A stretch of 64,000 nucleotides of DNA from Ramazzottius varieornatus. Taxonomy: Eukaryota > Animalia > Tardigrada. This document shows positions 12,491 through 24,828 of the stretch, piece after piece. Where the stretch lies: the NCBI GenBank assembly GCA_001949185.1, contig BDGG01000014.1:1023378-1087377 (forward strand), written 5' to 3'. How positions within the stretch are numbered: position 1 is the first letter of the stretch; each line of letters opens with the position of its first letter. Under the pieces are notes generated by a model. It saw only the letters and a program-made list of their open reading frames with translations, ran no database searches and was not told the DNA's origin. Made by a program: the position numbers and the translations under genes.

Positions 12491-12738
12491 GGCTCTACTC
12501 ACAATTCAGATTTAACTGCATCAGTTGATTTAGCTAAATCAACATTTACCGGAGTCGGCCAATCACGGAGCTCGGATTGCTAGATCTGCGGGTTTAGCGA
12601 AATTTTTCAAAACAGAACCGTTTAGCTAAAGCTGCAGACGTATTAATAGCTATTCGGGCTCCGTGATTGGTCGGCTCCGCTAGATCTTGATTTGGCTAAA
12701 TCAACTGATTTGGGTAAATCTGAATTGTGAGTTAAGCC
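12491..12738. mobile_element. Tourist-like MITE related to the adjacent Harbinger
   Basis: Termini GGCTCTACTCACAATTCAGATTTA and TAAATCTGAATTGTGAGTTAAGCC resemble the Harbinger TIR. About 90-bp imperfect inverted arms. Flanks ACT/GCT. Confidence 0.85.
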
Positions 12739-13120
12739 GCTGTAGTGTGAGCTTTTGGCAGCTGGGTTTGCGCAGAAGCAGCAGAGCCGAACGAATTTGC
12801 AGAAATTTGAGTTCTGCCATCGCCCGCAGAACTCTTTGGCAGAATCCATCACATGTAACGCCGTGCTCATTGGCACCGTTAAGGTGGGCCACCTGGAGAG
12901 CGCTGGACGGCCTGACACATTACCCTAGACCGTTTGACCAAGCAAGAAAAGAGTCTTGCTGAGCTTCGAAAGAGTGAGAAGCATCATTGAGCTTCATCAT
13001 GCTGCTGGGTAGAGCTTTTGATCTACATTCAGACAGATGGCTTTGCTGTGCACATGACAGGCACCATATAAAATGACGAGGCAGGAAGGTGCTTGGCTTC
13101 AGTTTGGTCCTGTCGGAAAA

Positions 13121-14745
13121 ATGATGGGCTTTACATTCCTCATGCATTTGCCACTTATCTTTCTTGCTATTCTTTGCCAGAGATGCAGCTCGACCGTATT
13201 GACGGCTTTCGAGACCAACCATCTACCGATCAGCAATTTCACACGAGAAGGCCGCGCTACGAAGAATTTTGATGGACGTTATCGACCATGGCCCAATCCA
13301 ACGGCTATACCCTACATCTTTGACACGGCAAATCCATACAGTAAGTGCTTCATTTGACCCCTGCTGGACTGGACAACTAGTGATGCTGATGGAACCTTGA
13401 CAGCAGAGCTGGTAACTGTTTGTTGCAGCTGCGGCGGAACAAGCGGTCATCACCGCAGCTATGAACCAGATTAGCTCGCAAATGTCCAACTGTATTCGCT
13501 TCTCACCAACCGGCTCAGCGACGACGGGTTCCGGCTTGTTCATATCGAAAAGGTAGGTTTAATATCGTGTCAAGCATTTGTGTTTCAACTAGGTGTAAAT
13601 GATGCTTTGGCCATTACCCAGTGCTGGTGCGCAGCCAGCTCCCACCACTTGCCAAACCGTCCCCGGCCAGCACTACAACGCACTAAATCGTCCTCAGAGA
13701 ATGGTCATGATTCCCAACACTGGCGCTGGCAACAACGGCTGTCTGACGCAACGAGAAGCCATGAAATTGCTGGGTAAGGAACTCGCTCACCCCCCTTTTG
13801 ACACAAAAGCTGGAGTCACCAACCCATGTCTTGCTAGTCAATGTACTTGGTTTACGGGATGAATGGCGCCGACCTGGTCGCGATAATTGCATCACGGTAA
13901 GCAACGTCAAAAGTGTTGCAGATTTTCGTAGCAATTCACAACACAAAAATATGGCTGAACGCCACCATCTAACATTCATCTGCTGACTTTCAGGTCAATC
14001 CGACCAGCATCGATCCCGGTAAGATTTTTCCAAAGGAAATAGAATCGCTGACCGAATTTGCAAAGGCGGTTGTCTGCTGAGGCAGCTATTGGCAGCAGTT
14101 TGGCTGGACAACCGGTCAACTCGATGACGGACGCATACGGCATAACAGGAAACGGGGCGGTAGACGTGATGGGTACGACCTACGACTTTTGGAGCATTAC
14201 CATCCCCGCGCCGGACAAGTGGAAGAACCCCAACGCCGCCACGGGCGCCTCCACACCACTGTGGACTTACTCGCCGAACCAGGCTGCTAATTGCCCCACA
14301 CCAGCTGGTAGCGGTACCGGTGGTGTAATTAGTCCCGGTCCCATCAGCCCCGGTACCGGTGGTACCGTCTTGCCTGTTCCGCCTCCTGGGACACTGCAGG
14401 CCCAGCTCAGTCTGGATGATTGCCGGGGTATACAAGCCATCTACCCAGCCAGCTGTGGAGCCGTCCTTTGCCGAGACCGTAAGTGGTGATTGAACCTAGG
14501 AGCCTGAGAGGACGCTGTTGGTCTGACCTTGTGCTGCCTTTGCAGTGTATAACAACTTGACACCGCCTACAGCCCCTCTTGTTGCACAGCCGCTGCCTGC
14601 GGCACCGGTCACCAGCGGAACGGGTGCAGGAACAGGAATAGGGACCGGTAACATTATCAGCGGAACTCCCACTGGATCAGGCACCGGTCTGACTCCCCAG
14701 TTTGACGCAAATGGTAACCCCATCCTTGGCGGACCAGGCGGTTAA
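13121..14745 (+). CDS. Secreted astacin-fold pseudo-metalloprotease with Gly/Thr/Pro-rich tail, copy 4 (multi-exon)
   Basis: Signal peptide, WPNPTAIPYIFD, AMNQISSQMSNCIRF, GCLTQREAMKLL spliced to VNVLGLRDEWRRPGRD, YDFWSITI, LSLDDCRGIQAIY. Stop TAA at 14743-14745. Confidence 0.8.
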
Positions 14746-14867
14746 CCTTCTTGATGGTCTATCCCTACCTTACCTCTGACTCACTCTTGCCTCTGTGGCT
14801 ATTCTGGACATGCTTTTCTGGATCAATTTCTAGCACTCTGTATTGGAGACCAAGGAATAGAAAAACT

Positions 14868-15462
14868 CAGGGGCGAACGGCCCTGTATCCTTGTGACAAC
14901 GTAGGGCGTAAAAAAACTGAATTTTAGCTTAAAATTCACTTTTTTCAAAAAAATAGGAAACTGGAAACTGGAAACTGCAAGTCATTTTTAACTTTTTAGA
15001 TGTTAATGTCGAAAGACCGACACTTCGAAACCTACTGTTTTGGTTCTCCATTGAATACTATTGCACAAACAGCAAATTACAAAAGAATTATGTATGCGGA
15101 CTACTGGAAAAGTACGAACAAAACTAAAACATGCGGCTGACATTACTGTAGGATGTAATTCGAACACCCACGTTTTCCATGAAAGAAAATTGATAGCGAT
15201 GAAAAGCTAGATACATAGTGGATCAGTAAAAGAAGTCTTAATCATCCCCTTCATAAGAACCCATGTCGCCACCGTCATCGAACTCGTCCAAAAATATGTT
15301 TTCTCTGATTCGAAGTGTCGGTCCAAGGACTTTAACATTTTGAAAGTTAACGATGACTTACAGTTTCCAGTTTCCTATTTTTAAAATAAAAATGAATTCT
15401 AAGCTAGAATTCAGTTTTTTTACCCCTACGTTTATTCAAGGATACAGGGCCGTTCGCCCGTG
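14868..15462. mobile_element. Non-autonomous DNA transposon with 8-bp TSD (hAT-like) and long inverted arms
   Basis: Termini CA(G/C)GGGCGAACGGCCCTGTATCCTTG, about 160-bp imperfect inverted arms, perfect TSD GAAAAACT at 14860-14867 and 15463-15470. Confidence 0.85.
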
Positions 15463-15932
15463 GAAAAACTGAATGGTCTTCAAACGACCAGAGATTGTTC
15501 CATCGTTTGACTGCAGCAAAAACTCCGCAGTCAATGATTGCTTTCAGTCTGAAATTCCCCAAAAACGTTTCATGAACGTTTTTCCAGTTTGGCATTGTTT
15601 TGTCCGTCGATCTGGCATTTTGTTTTGTAGATTATACTGTAGGCCCAGTTTTAGTTAGCTGGAAGAAATTGAACCAAGCTCCCTTCCCGAAAAAGGCTTT
15701 ACACATGCATCCAGGAAGTGTGGAGACTTGGAGCTCCGCCTTTGCCGTTGCCGCTGCATTGATCTGCTGAAGAACTCAGCCATTTAGACTTCCTTCAGTT
15801 AACCGGTATATAATCCCGTGTACGCTAATGTTCCCTTGGATCAGAGTCCAGATATTTTTTAGATCGCGATCACTGGCGCAGCTAAACCCTACCGATAGTT
15901 TTCCATAGTACAATTCATCCAAAAACCGTGTT

Positions 15933-18900
15933 ATGGCGTACCAGAATAAGTTTTTGAACCGTCGTCAAGCGTCCATGACGGAAGGCAGCCCGCATCATCG
16001 ACCAGCGAGTATGACCAACGGCGTTAACGGCACCTCCAACTTGTCTAGCACCAATCACAGTCCGGTGGGCAACGCTCCGGAGGGAATGCCCACCACGCTG
16101 GAACACCGCATGGGCCTTTCCAGGAAAGGCTCGAAGAGTTATGGGGAGCGTGAAGACGGCAGCCTTCATCGCAAGATGTCCCTAACTGCCGCCATTTCCA
16201 ACGGTATTTCCATGGACAACGAAGACTATACCACCATGAACACCATGCAACCCTTGGCGGCCATTCTGCAGAGAGGCGATTCCCTCCTGCGACGTACTCA
16301 GTCTCAACGCGGAAACGAACGTAGTCCGGCGGCTCTCCGCCGAGCGGGAACTCTCACAAGTAAGCCAAGATCCCGTCGTCAGCAATTTTGTCATCCTCAT
16401 TTCTGCTACCTACTGCTTATTTCCACTAAGAATAAATTTCCACCACTTCACGTTTTCGGAAATTTCAGACTTTTCAGAATTTTCGATGTCTGGCTTTCTC
16501 AGGGAGATGGTGGTGACCTTCCATGTCATGGGTTTTTTGGTTGTAGATGGGCAAAACGCTGCTTGCACGCCGCCGTTGGTGGACAAGCAGCAGTTCTTTC
16601 CGCAGATGGTTGACGATCGCTATCTGAAGCTGGACTATGCTAATCAGGAGTTTCTGAGTGGCCACTCGGCTGGTGATCTGTTGCCGCGGGGCAGTGTCGA
16701 GGTGACGCGTGAGTTCCTCAGCACACTGGTGACGCTACTCTTGAATTATGTGGAGATGGAGAATGATCGGTCAACACGCGTCCTGGAGTTTCGACACCCC
16801 AAACAGCTGGAACAGATCGTCGATATCGACGTGCCCGACGAAGAAGAGCCCGCCAACTTGTACCAACTCATTCTCGATTGTCAACAAGCCTTGCAGTATC
16901 AAGTGCGATCAGGTGAGAGAGAGCCCATGACAAATTACTTTTTCCTTTTTTCCTTCGATAACATAACTGGTCGACTGGACGAAAACAGAACCTTAACCTC
17001 GTCTAGGGGCTTCTAACGTATAGGATTTTGCCTGGTGATTTTTTTATTTTTTCCATCGAACAGCATTCTTAACCGGTTTTCGAAAACGATATCAGTATTT
17101 TGGGTAGGCGAGATTTCTACCAGACAAAAAACTTCATAAAACGGGAGCTCGGCAAACAAACTCCACTAGATTGGTTTCCCAAAAGACGCACGCTTCCGGT
17201 CAAAAACCAAGGAAATGTGCGCCACCTGGAGCAACAAACCTGTCTAGTTCCCGAGTGGCGCAGGTTTTCAGTTATATTGGCTGGAAACGTGCGTTACTTG
17301 AAATACGGACTGGGTCCAGTTGGTTTTGCCGAGCTCTCAAATACACAGATTCTTCCGAAATATGACAAAAGATGGACCAAATGGATGGCGCAAGTTTCAC
17401 TTGTTCTTGTGTGGTGCACAAGATTTTCGCAACTGGCCCCGTGGCGTTCACAAGATTGGCAACATGTCTTCAGTGAGTGCATTGGGGAGATATTTGGGCG
17501 TTGGCTGCAAATGGAAAACTAATTGGACAACAGATGTTGTTAAATCCAGCGTCTTCCCTCTTATTGATTGTGTTAATGGAAGAAGCTGCTAAGCGTGTCT
17601 GTGAAGCAGGCGGGTAAAGGCAAGTGCCAGCTCGGCTAACAAAGTGTCGACATATGCCTGTCATTGCTTTGCGTAGCAGACAATCACGCTTGCCAATGCA
17701 TCTTTGATTGCCTATGCTCACTTCCATTTTGTCACTGGCCACTTGCCTGGAATACTGATCGTCCCACGTTGCCCAGTATCGCAAAAAACAACTATTTGCC
17801 CAAGGCCTTTTTGTCAAGACACTTTTCATTCACACCCTTTCCACCCCGATCTGCTTCACGCAAGGCAACACGGTAAACCCCGCTTCCCATCCTTCCGACC
17901 TTTATCTGCAATGAACCCTTACGTCTAAAGTTAGAAGGAGCCCAGCCTTTATCACCCAGCTGCCTGGCAATCACGGGCTAGGCTGATAAAACTCGGTGGT
18001 ATTTTGGCCAACCGAGAGAAACGCTCCAAAGTATCATTGCAGATCTGGACGAGATGCTGACCTGCAGCCGAGATAGTTTGATCATAGTTATACAGATGGT
18101 ACAATGATCAGTGCAGTTTCTGAAAATGTCCCAAGTAGCCAAGTCGTAAGGTCACGTTGAGTTCTGCAGAAAGGGTAGCAGAGTGAATATTGGACAGCGG
18201 ATATTGGGTGTGATGAGATTAGTCACTTGAAAATCGCTCTGCGTATCGTCGTTGGTTGAGCGTGTCAACATGATCACTTTCGGTCATGATGATAGCCACA
18301 CACTAAATCCCACTTCTCCCATTTCCCCATGTTTTCTCTGTGCACACACAGCGGGCTTCTTGCTGCTCTGCGGCAAATGTGTACACAAAAGCCATCCCTT
18401 GAAAGTTGAACAGCACAGGTTGCGCATAGCAAGTGCTCCCTCTTACGTTGACAGACGATCCATCGCCAAGAGCGCTCCTCAGGGTTCAAGGTCACCACAC
18501 TAAGCTAATGAAGGCAATGCTTCTTTGGCAGGGCACCCACGCTTCTTCAACCAGATCAGCACCGGACTGGACATTGTCTCGCTGGCTGGAGAATTCTTGA
18601 CGGCCACGACCAACAGTAACATGTTCACCTACGAAGTCTCGCCCGTCTTTGTTCTCATCGAGAAAGCCGTGCTGAGCAAAATGAGAGAACTGATTGGCTG
18701 GCCCACAGGCGACGGCATTTTCGCACCCGGTAGGCAACAACTCAAGGCCCAGTAGCTGACTTGATAAGTCTTTGTGATGCAATGCCAGCTTTACGGGTCT
18801 TTAAAGTATGGAGAGGAAGCGGGACGTTGGTGGATGTCTAGCCACTGTTGTGGCTTTCTTCTACGATAATGCCATTCGCTTGATAACAGGTGGATCGTTG

Positions 18901-20659
18901 TCAACCCTGTACGCCGTCCATCTGGCGCGTCATCGAAAGTTTCCCACGGTCAAGACCAAGGGCATGACAAGCCTGAGCAAACGCCCCGTCATTTTCACAT
19001 CAGCCCACGTAAGCCTTTTGCTATGTTGTCCAATGCTCTTTTCCTCTTCTCTGTGGCGTAAAAGCCTTTCATAGTGTTTTCTTGTGTGTAGTGTCACTAT
19101 TCGATTCCAACGGCTGCGGCGGTTCTGGGTATGGGTACGGAGAGCGTAGTGGAAATTGCGGTCGACGGCAGGTATGTAGGAACTGTCACGTCTATTGGTG
19201 GAGAGCCTACTGCTGGACAAAAGCATCTTGTTGGGATGCGATTAGGGGGAGAATGAGCGTGACGGAGCTGGAAAAGGAGATCCTGGCCTGCCTTGAGCGG
19301 GACGATGTGCCTTTGATGGTCAATGCTACAGCTGCCACCACCGTCTTGGGCGCTTTCGATCCCATCCCGCAGATTGCCGATCTCTGTGAGAAGTACGACA
19401 TCTGGCTGCACGTCGACGTACGTCCTTTCTTGTTCTTGTCCTGTTCCTTTATTTGAACTGAGAAAAGACTATGCAAGGTCCACCGGGTATTGCGGTTAAC
19501 GCTATAATAATTTGTAGGCTGCCTGGGGAGGTGGCGTCCTCTGTTCCAGCAAATATCGAACCTTGGCACAAGGCATCGAACGGTAAAAAAGAATGTGCGC
19601 CATATGAACAATCAACTGTCAAGACCAGTCCAAATTCTTTCATGGTCTCAGAAATTATTCATTTACTGAAGCAAGGCAGGACGTATTAGTTTGCAATTTT
19701 CTACGTTCTTCCCATTGCCATTGGCTCAGCTTCTTGGTACGTAGGGCCAACTCGGTTACATGGAACCCGCACAAGATGATGGGCGCACACCTGCAGTGTT
19801 CGGCAGTGCTGACCAGAGAGCCGGTAGGTAGCACCTTCTAGTCCAGCGCCACCCACTTTTCATCTTCTGCACTTTAGTCAAGAAGTGCATCTTCCTTGCA
19901 GAATCAGTTGTTCTCCTGCAATAACATGAGTGCCGACTACCTCTTCCAACAAGACAAGCACTACAACGTCGAGTATGATACCGGTGACAAAGCAATACAG
20001 TGTGGTCGACGCAACGACGTCTTCAAACTTTGGCTGATGTGGCGAGCAAAGGTCCCAACTCTCATGCCGCAATCCTTCTTGTTTCTGAAGAAAGACACTT
20101 TCCCAACTTTGCGGCCTGCTTTCTTTTTAGGGAACTCTGGGCTTCGAACGGCACGTCAACAACCTCTTTGAACTTCGCGACTATCTCGTCAGCCAACTGA
20201 AGCAGTTTGACGACTTTGAAATGGTCCTGGAAGAGGTAAAAGTGGGGCCTTTATATAGTTTCCTCCACATACCGATATAACCCTTCCCTTAGCGATATAA
20301 AGCTGACTTGTCTTTAAAGCCTGAATGTACCAATGTCTGCTTCTGGTACGTGCCACCCAGCTGCGCCACCTTGAGCGGCAACCGCCGTTACGAACGAATG
20401 GGTAGAGTAAGTATAGACTTTTCTCCAGCAGGTGGCGCTGTGTTGCTGATTCTCCGACTTTTGATCTCCACTTCCGTTCTTGCAGATTACAGCGGTTATC
20501 AAGGCTCGCATGATGGACCGCGGCAACCTGATGGTGGGTTACCAGCCTCTGGACGACAAGCCCAATTTCTTCCGCATGATCATCTCCAACCATGCCTCCA
20601 CCAAGGAGGATATCGATTTCATGCTGGAAGAGATTGTCCGCATTGGGCGGGAACTGTAA
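15933..20659 (+). CDS. GAD1: Glutamate decarboxylase (PLP-dependent group II decarboxylase), multi-exon; 5' exon less certain
   Basis: [27 protein letters not shown] (MFTYE is GAD-type rather than CSAD/ADC-type), [22 protein letters not shown] (PLP lysine), [31 protein letters not shown]. Confidence 0.92.
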
Positions 20660-22311
20660 TAGTATAGCAGTAAACGGGATAAATGTGTCAAAAATGCATA
20701 CAGCGAAACCTCGTTGGTGGAACTTGTCTTTTGAGCGGTGTCGGTTCTAATTTGTGGCGTGTGACTAATATTTCTGTGCGTGATAGCCTGACGTCTTCTC
20801 ACAATAGAGAACCTACTTGTAGTTATATGCTTGTTCAGTGCGTAAGCTGCTGCAATACCGATTATCAGAAGATGATGAATAACTGTACCCGTCTTGTTAT
20901 CTAGCCTGATGTTCTATCTTCATATTCCTCGAGCATTTGTTCTGGGCTTGTTCTTTGCACTTTGTCGTCGATAATCTGTTCAAGTGCTGTACAAACTGAC
21001 CCATATTCCGGCGAAGAACGACATGACCATGTGGTTTCAATCGCAATAAAAGCAACTGTTACTGTAGAATGGAACGAGTGTCCAAAGTTGAATGACTGTA
21101 AGCTTTGCAGGAAAGAGAGGACTTGAGATTCAAGAACAGACACGGTACTAGAGCAGCACGCACATAAACATCTGCCTTATAATTGTTATCATGTTCCGCG
21201 TGGCCGTCCGCAAAGGCTCTAATCGCTCTGGTATTTTCCTTAATACCACCGACTCAACCTTATTTCCTTCTGCCTGCTGACCCGTCACTTCTAAACGTGT
21301 CATAAATTCAGCAGTTTATGTTTAGCGAAGATCTGACTCAACCTTTTCCATGTGACTCAGCTGTGTTCTCCTTGTTGTCGTTTTGCAATATTGCTTATGA
21401 TTGAAAGCATTACCAGCTAAAACTGTTCACGTACGCCTAATGTTAGTCTCTTTTACCTTTGTCGTCGACGCAGGCAAAAAATACTGATTGCTCGGCGGTG
21501 AGAATGTGCTGCTTGGTATCTGACTTACCATCGGTATACAGAGTAAAGACGGTGTAGACGGCTGACGGACCCGGAAAAACAGGTTTGTCGATGATAGCGC
21601 TAAAGTCAGCTGTTTCTGTTGGGTGTTCAGTTAAAGTGGAAGCATGGCTGTCGATGTTGGGTCTTTGTGCGTATTGATCGAGAGCACGGCCCATGTTTGC
21701 TGATTGCTGTCCATCTATCCACAGCTCCAGCTTGATATTCAGCACTGTCTTCCTCATTTAAAAATGTAAAGTGCCTTTGCTTTGCTGCTTGACCGGGAAG
21801 TGGTAATGTGATCCGCAGCATATGATCGATGATGAGATTCTGCAAAGAAAGGATGGGAGATTGTTTTGCAACAGATGCACACGGCTCCTCGTGATCCAGC
21901 CACTTGTTCGTCCTCTTCCATCTGCCGATATCTTTCTCAATCACCTCCAGAACCCGCAGTACACTATTCCGCTCTTCCCCATCTCCGTTTGTTGCATTGG
22001 GGAACATTCAAACGATTCCTTAGAGGTAAACATGGCATGCCAACCGCTACAAAATATCGTAGGGGAATGCCAAGAAACGGCCACGGCAAACCTGTAGGAA
22101 GATGGCTTTCTGTGAATTAGCTCGAATCGTCGAACCTTCGGAAATGTATAGAAAAATGTTCCTCAGCTTGCTGAGAGATTTTTAAAGAATTCGTACGAAA
22201 TGGCTTGTCGTAACATCAGCAGTCACTATGCTTGACCGATACTTTTTCCTATTAGTTTTGTAATCGGCGGAAGCTGCGGTGAAATATACCGAGACTTTAT
22301 CGAGCAGGAGG

Positions 22312-24359
22312 ATGCCGTTTATCGGTTTGGATTGGCGTTCGCCAGGTGAATGCTGGATCAAGACACCCAGTGGCAGCTGGGAACGGCTGAAAATTCTAGA
22401 AAATTCCCTGGGTTCGTCCTCATGGAGGGACGAGTCGCCATGTGCTTCCTTGTCATCTTCACCCAACATTAGCTGCACCTCCCTACCTCGTTGTCGCTCC
22501 AGCCAGTCCGACTCGAGCTCTCCCGGTAAGGAGAACTCACCGGAACCTACCTCCCTCACTACTTCCGAAGATAACAGTGACCTGCTGGACACGGCTGTCT
22601 TCCTCCTCGAAGATGCTTCATCCACTGTATGCAGGAACGTGCCGGCTAATTACCAGCCATATTGTCACATTACCAATCGTCCCACACGAGAAGTAAGCAT
22701 TTTGGCCCTATATTGTGGCATGCTGTAGCCGCGTGACGGTTGCGGTGTGTTGCAAAAAAGAGCTGGTTTACGTAACGTTCCGGCGCTATTGTGTGGAAGA
22801 CGTAATGGATTTTCTTAACGTCGTTCACCTTACTAGTTGAACTTGTTATGTTATGATGACTGTGACCATTTTTCTTTCACAGACAAGAGCTTCCGTAAGT
22901 CTGTCAGAGGCCTTCTGGAAACTGGATTTCCCCGGAGCTGTCCGAGACATCCGACGATTCAATTACATTTGCAAGGTACGCGGGTTTCGAAAAAAGACGC
23001 AAAAAAGATTATCCTAGAATATTTAGCGGAGTATTTTTAATTCGCAAATATGTTGGCGGATTCGGTTTGAGTAGTTTCAACATGAATTTTATTTTGACAT
23101 TTTTTCAACAGGTGCTGGACGTTTTAATCGCCGAAAAGTTGTCATCGTTGGGTGGTCAGGCTCAAAAGCTGCTCTTCAACACGCTACAAGATGTTCTGGG
23201 CCAAGGTCTGTCCGCTCGTCCGTAGAAGCCGTCGTTGAAATTCTTAACTCTGACAAGTGCTAAATATACTGTAGTCACGCTCATCGACCCACCTCATCCC
23301 AGTCACACTTGAAGTTTATTTTTGTTTTTGTGTCTGCAGTTGTCTCAACACAGCAAAACATGCATATCATACGCCAACTGATGCACGACCTCAATGAGGC
23401 CATGGAAGAATCGCAGATGAGTTGGGGCAAACATATGGGCAGCTCTCTGCTGTGGGAAGGCCATAGAACGAGGCTGCAAGAATGGAACCGAATCGTCAAC
23501 GAACTCGAAATGCACCAGGTAAAGCCATCTTGTTGGCAAAGACTGCTATGGAATCTACGTAGAAAAGTGGAACTCATAGCGTTCAAACACTGCGAAAAGG
23601 TTGCGAATCCATCCAATTATTAAATTTCGAATTTTTTCCGGCTTGACAGTAATTAACTGACTTTTTCTTCACTTACCAGAGAGAGGAAGATGGTAAAGTG
23701 ATGCTGGCCGATCTTCCCGAAGAGTGTCTTCGGCTGGTTCTCCTCTGCCTGTCCGATCACCACGACTTGATGCGCTCAAAGGAAGCGCTGAGTAGCACTG
23801 CAGAGAACACGGCCAAGTACGGCCAGATCTTCAGCGAACAACGGCTGTGGCGCGAACTCTGCTTCTTCCACTTCAAACCCCAACAGCTCAAAGATATCCT
23901 CGGTCGGAAAGACAAAGGTGGTCACGACTTGGTGGCCAAGGAAGACTGGGAACAAATCTATCTCAAAATGAAACGGTACGTTCAGCGTTATCATGCAGCT
24001 TCGCCCTTTTTTCTACGAAATTCCCAGTGAGAGACACGAAGAGGTTCGTGCCCTGCACGGCCCTGTTGGATGTTTCCGTAGAGAACTGGCGTGCACACAC
24101 ACTGACGCTACCCATTCGGTGTTTCTTCCCGGTTCCTCGTCACACTTTAGTCGTGTTGGCTTATAGGTGTTTCGGGTTGAGAGAATCGTACGCTGAAATA
24201 CTTCACCTGTGCACGCATTGTCGGGCTCTCTTCTGGGAGAAGTACGGCCATCCCTGTCCGGTTGTCGCCTGCTGTGATGTCAACTCCGGTCGCAACCTGA
24301 CCAAGAAAGCTCCCATTCCCGTTTCTCCTCGCGCTTTCCTAGACTTTTTCTCCTTGTGA
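22312..24359 (+). CDS. FBXO32: F-box only protein 25/32 (atrogin-1-like), multi-exon
   Basis: N-terminus MPFIGLDWRSPGECWIKT, RLDFPGAVRDIRRFNYICK, F-box LADLPEECLRLVLLCLSDHHDL, LWRELCFFHF, CTHCRALFWEKYGHPC, PVSPRAFLDFFSL. FBXO25 versus FBXO32 orthology cannot be resolved. Confidence 0.9.
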
Positions 24360-24828
24360 TCCAAAGCATTCTGGTCAACTTACAACGAAAGAAACAGTCA
24401 GTCATCGAAATCTAAAAAGAAACAATTTTACTTGTACAAAATGCATACTATATCGCATCAAGCAGACATTCCAGAAATTAAAATACTCTTCACAAAAAAC
24501 TGTACTTTTTTTTCCTTCTTATTTCTCTGACCGAAACTTTCTTTATTACCCCTCACCAGTTTCCTTTTCAACCCGGTAACAGAGTGACACCGAAAACACT
24601 GACTTTATAAGAAATTAAACAAAAAGCTAGGTTAGTTTTGGCTTTTTGCTCTTTTGAACTAAGCTCTGAGTGCTCTCCATGAGCGAGAGACTTTAAAAGT
24701 ATGCTCGAGAGCGGGCAAAATCAAACGAAGACATGGATTTATAAAATCATAACTCTCTTCAAAAATCACAGGCAAAGCACCGAAAAGCAGGGTGGGCATA
24801 TGGAAATAAAATTAGGAAGCAAGCAAGC

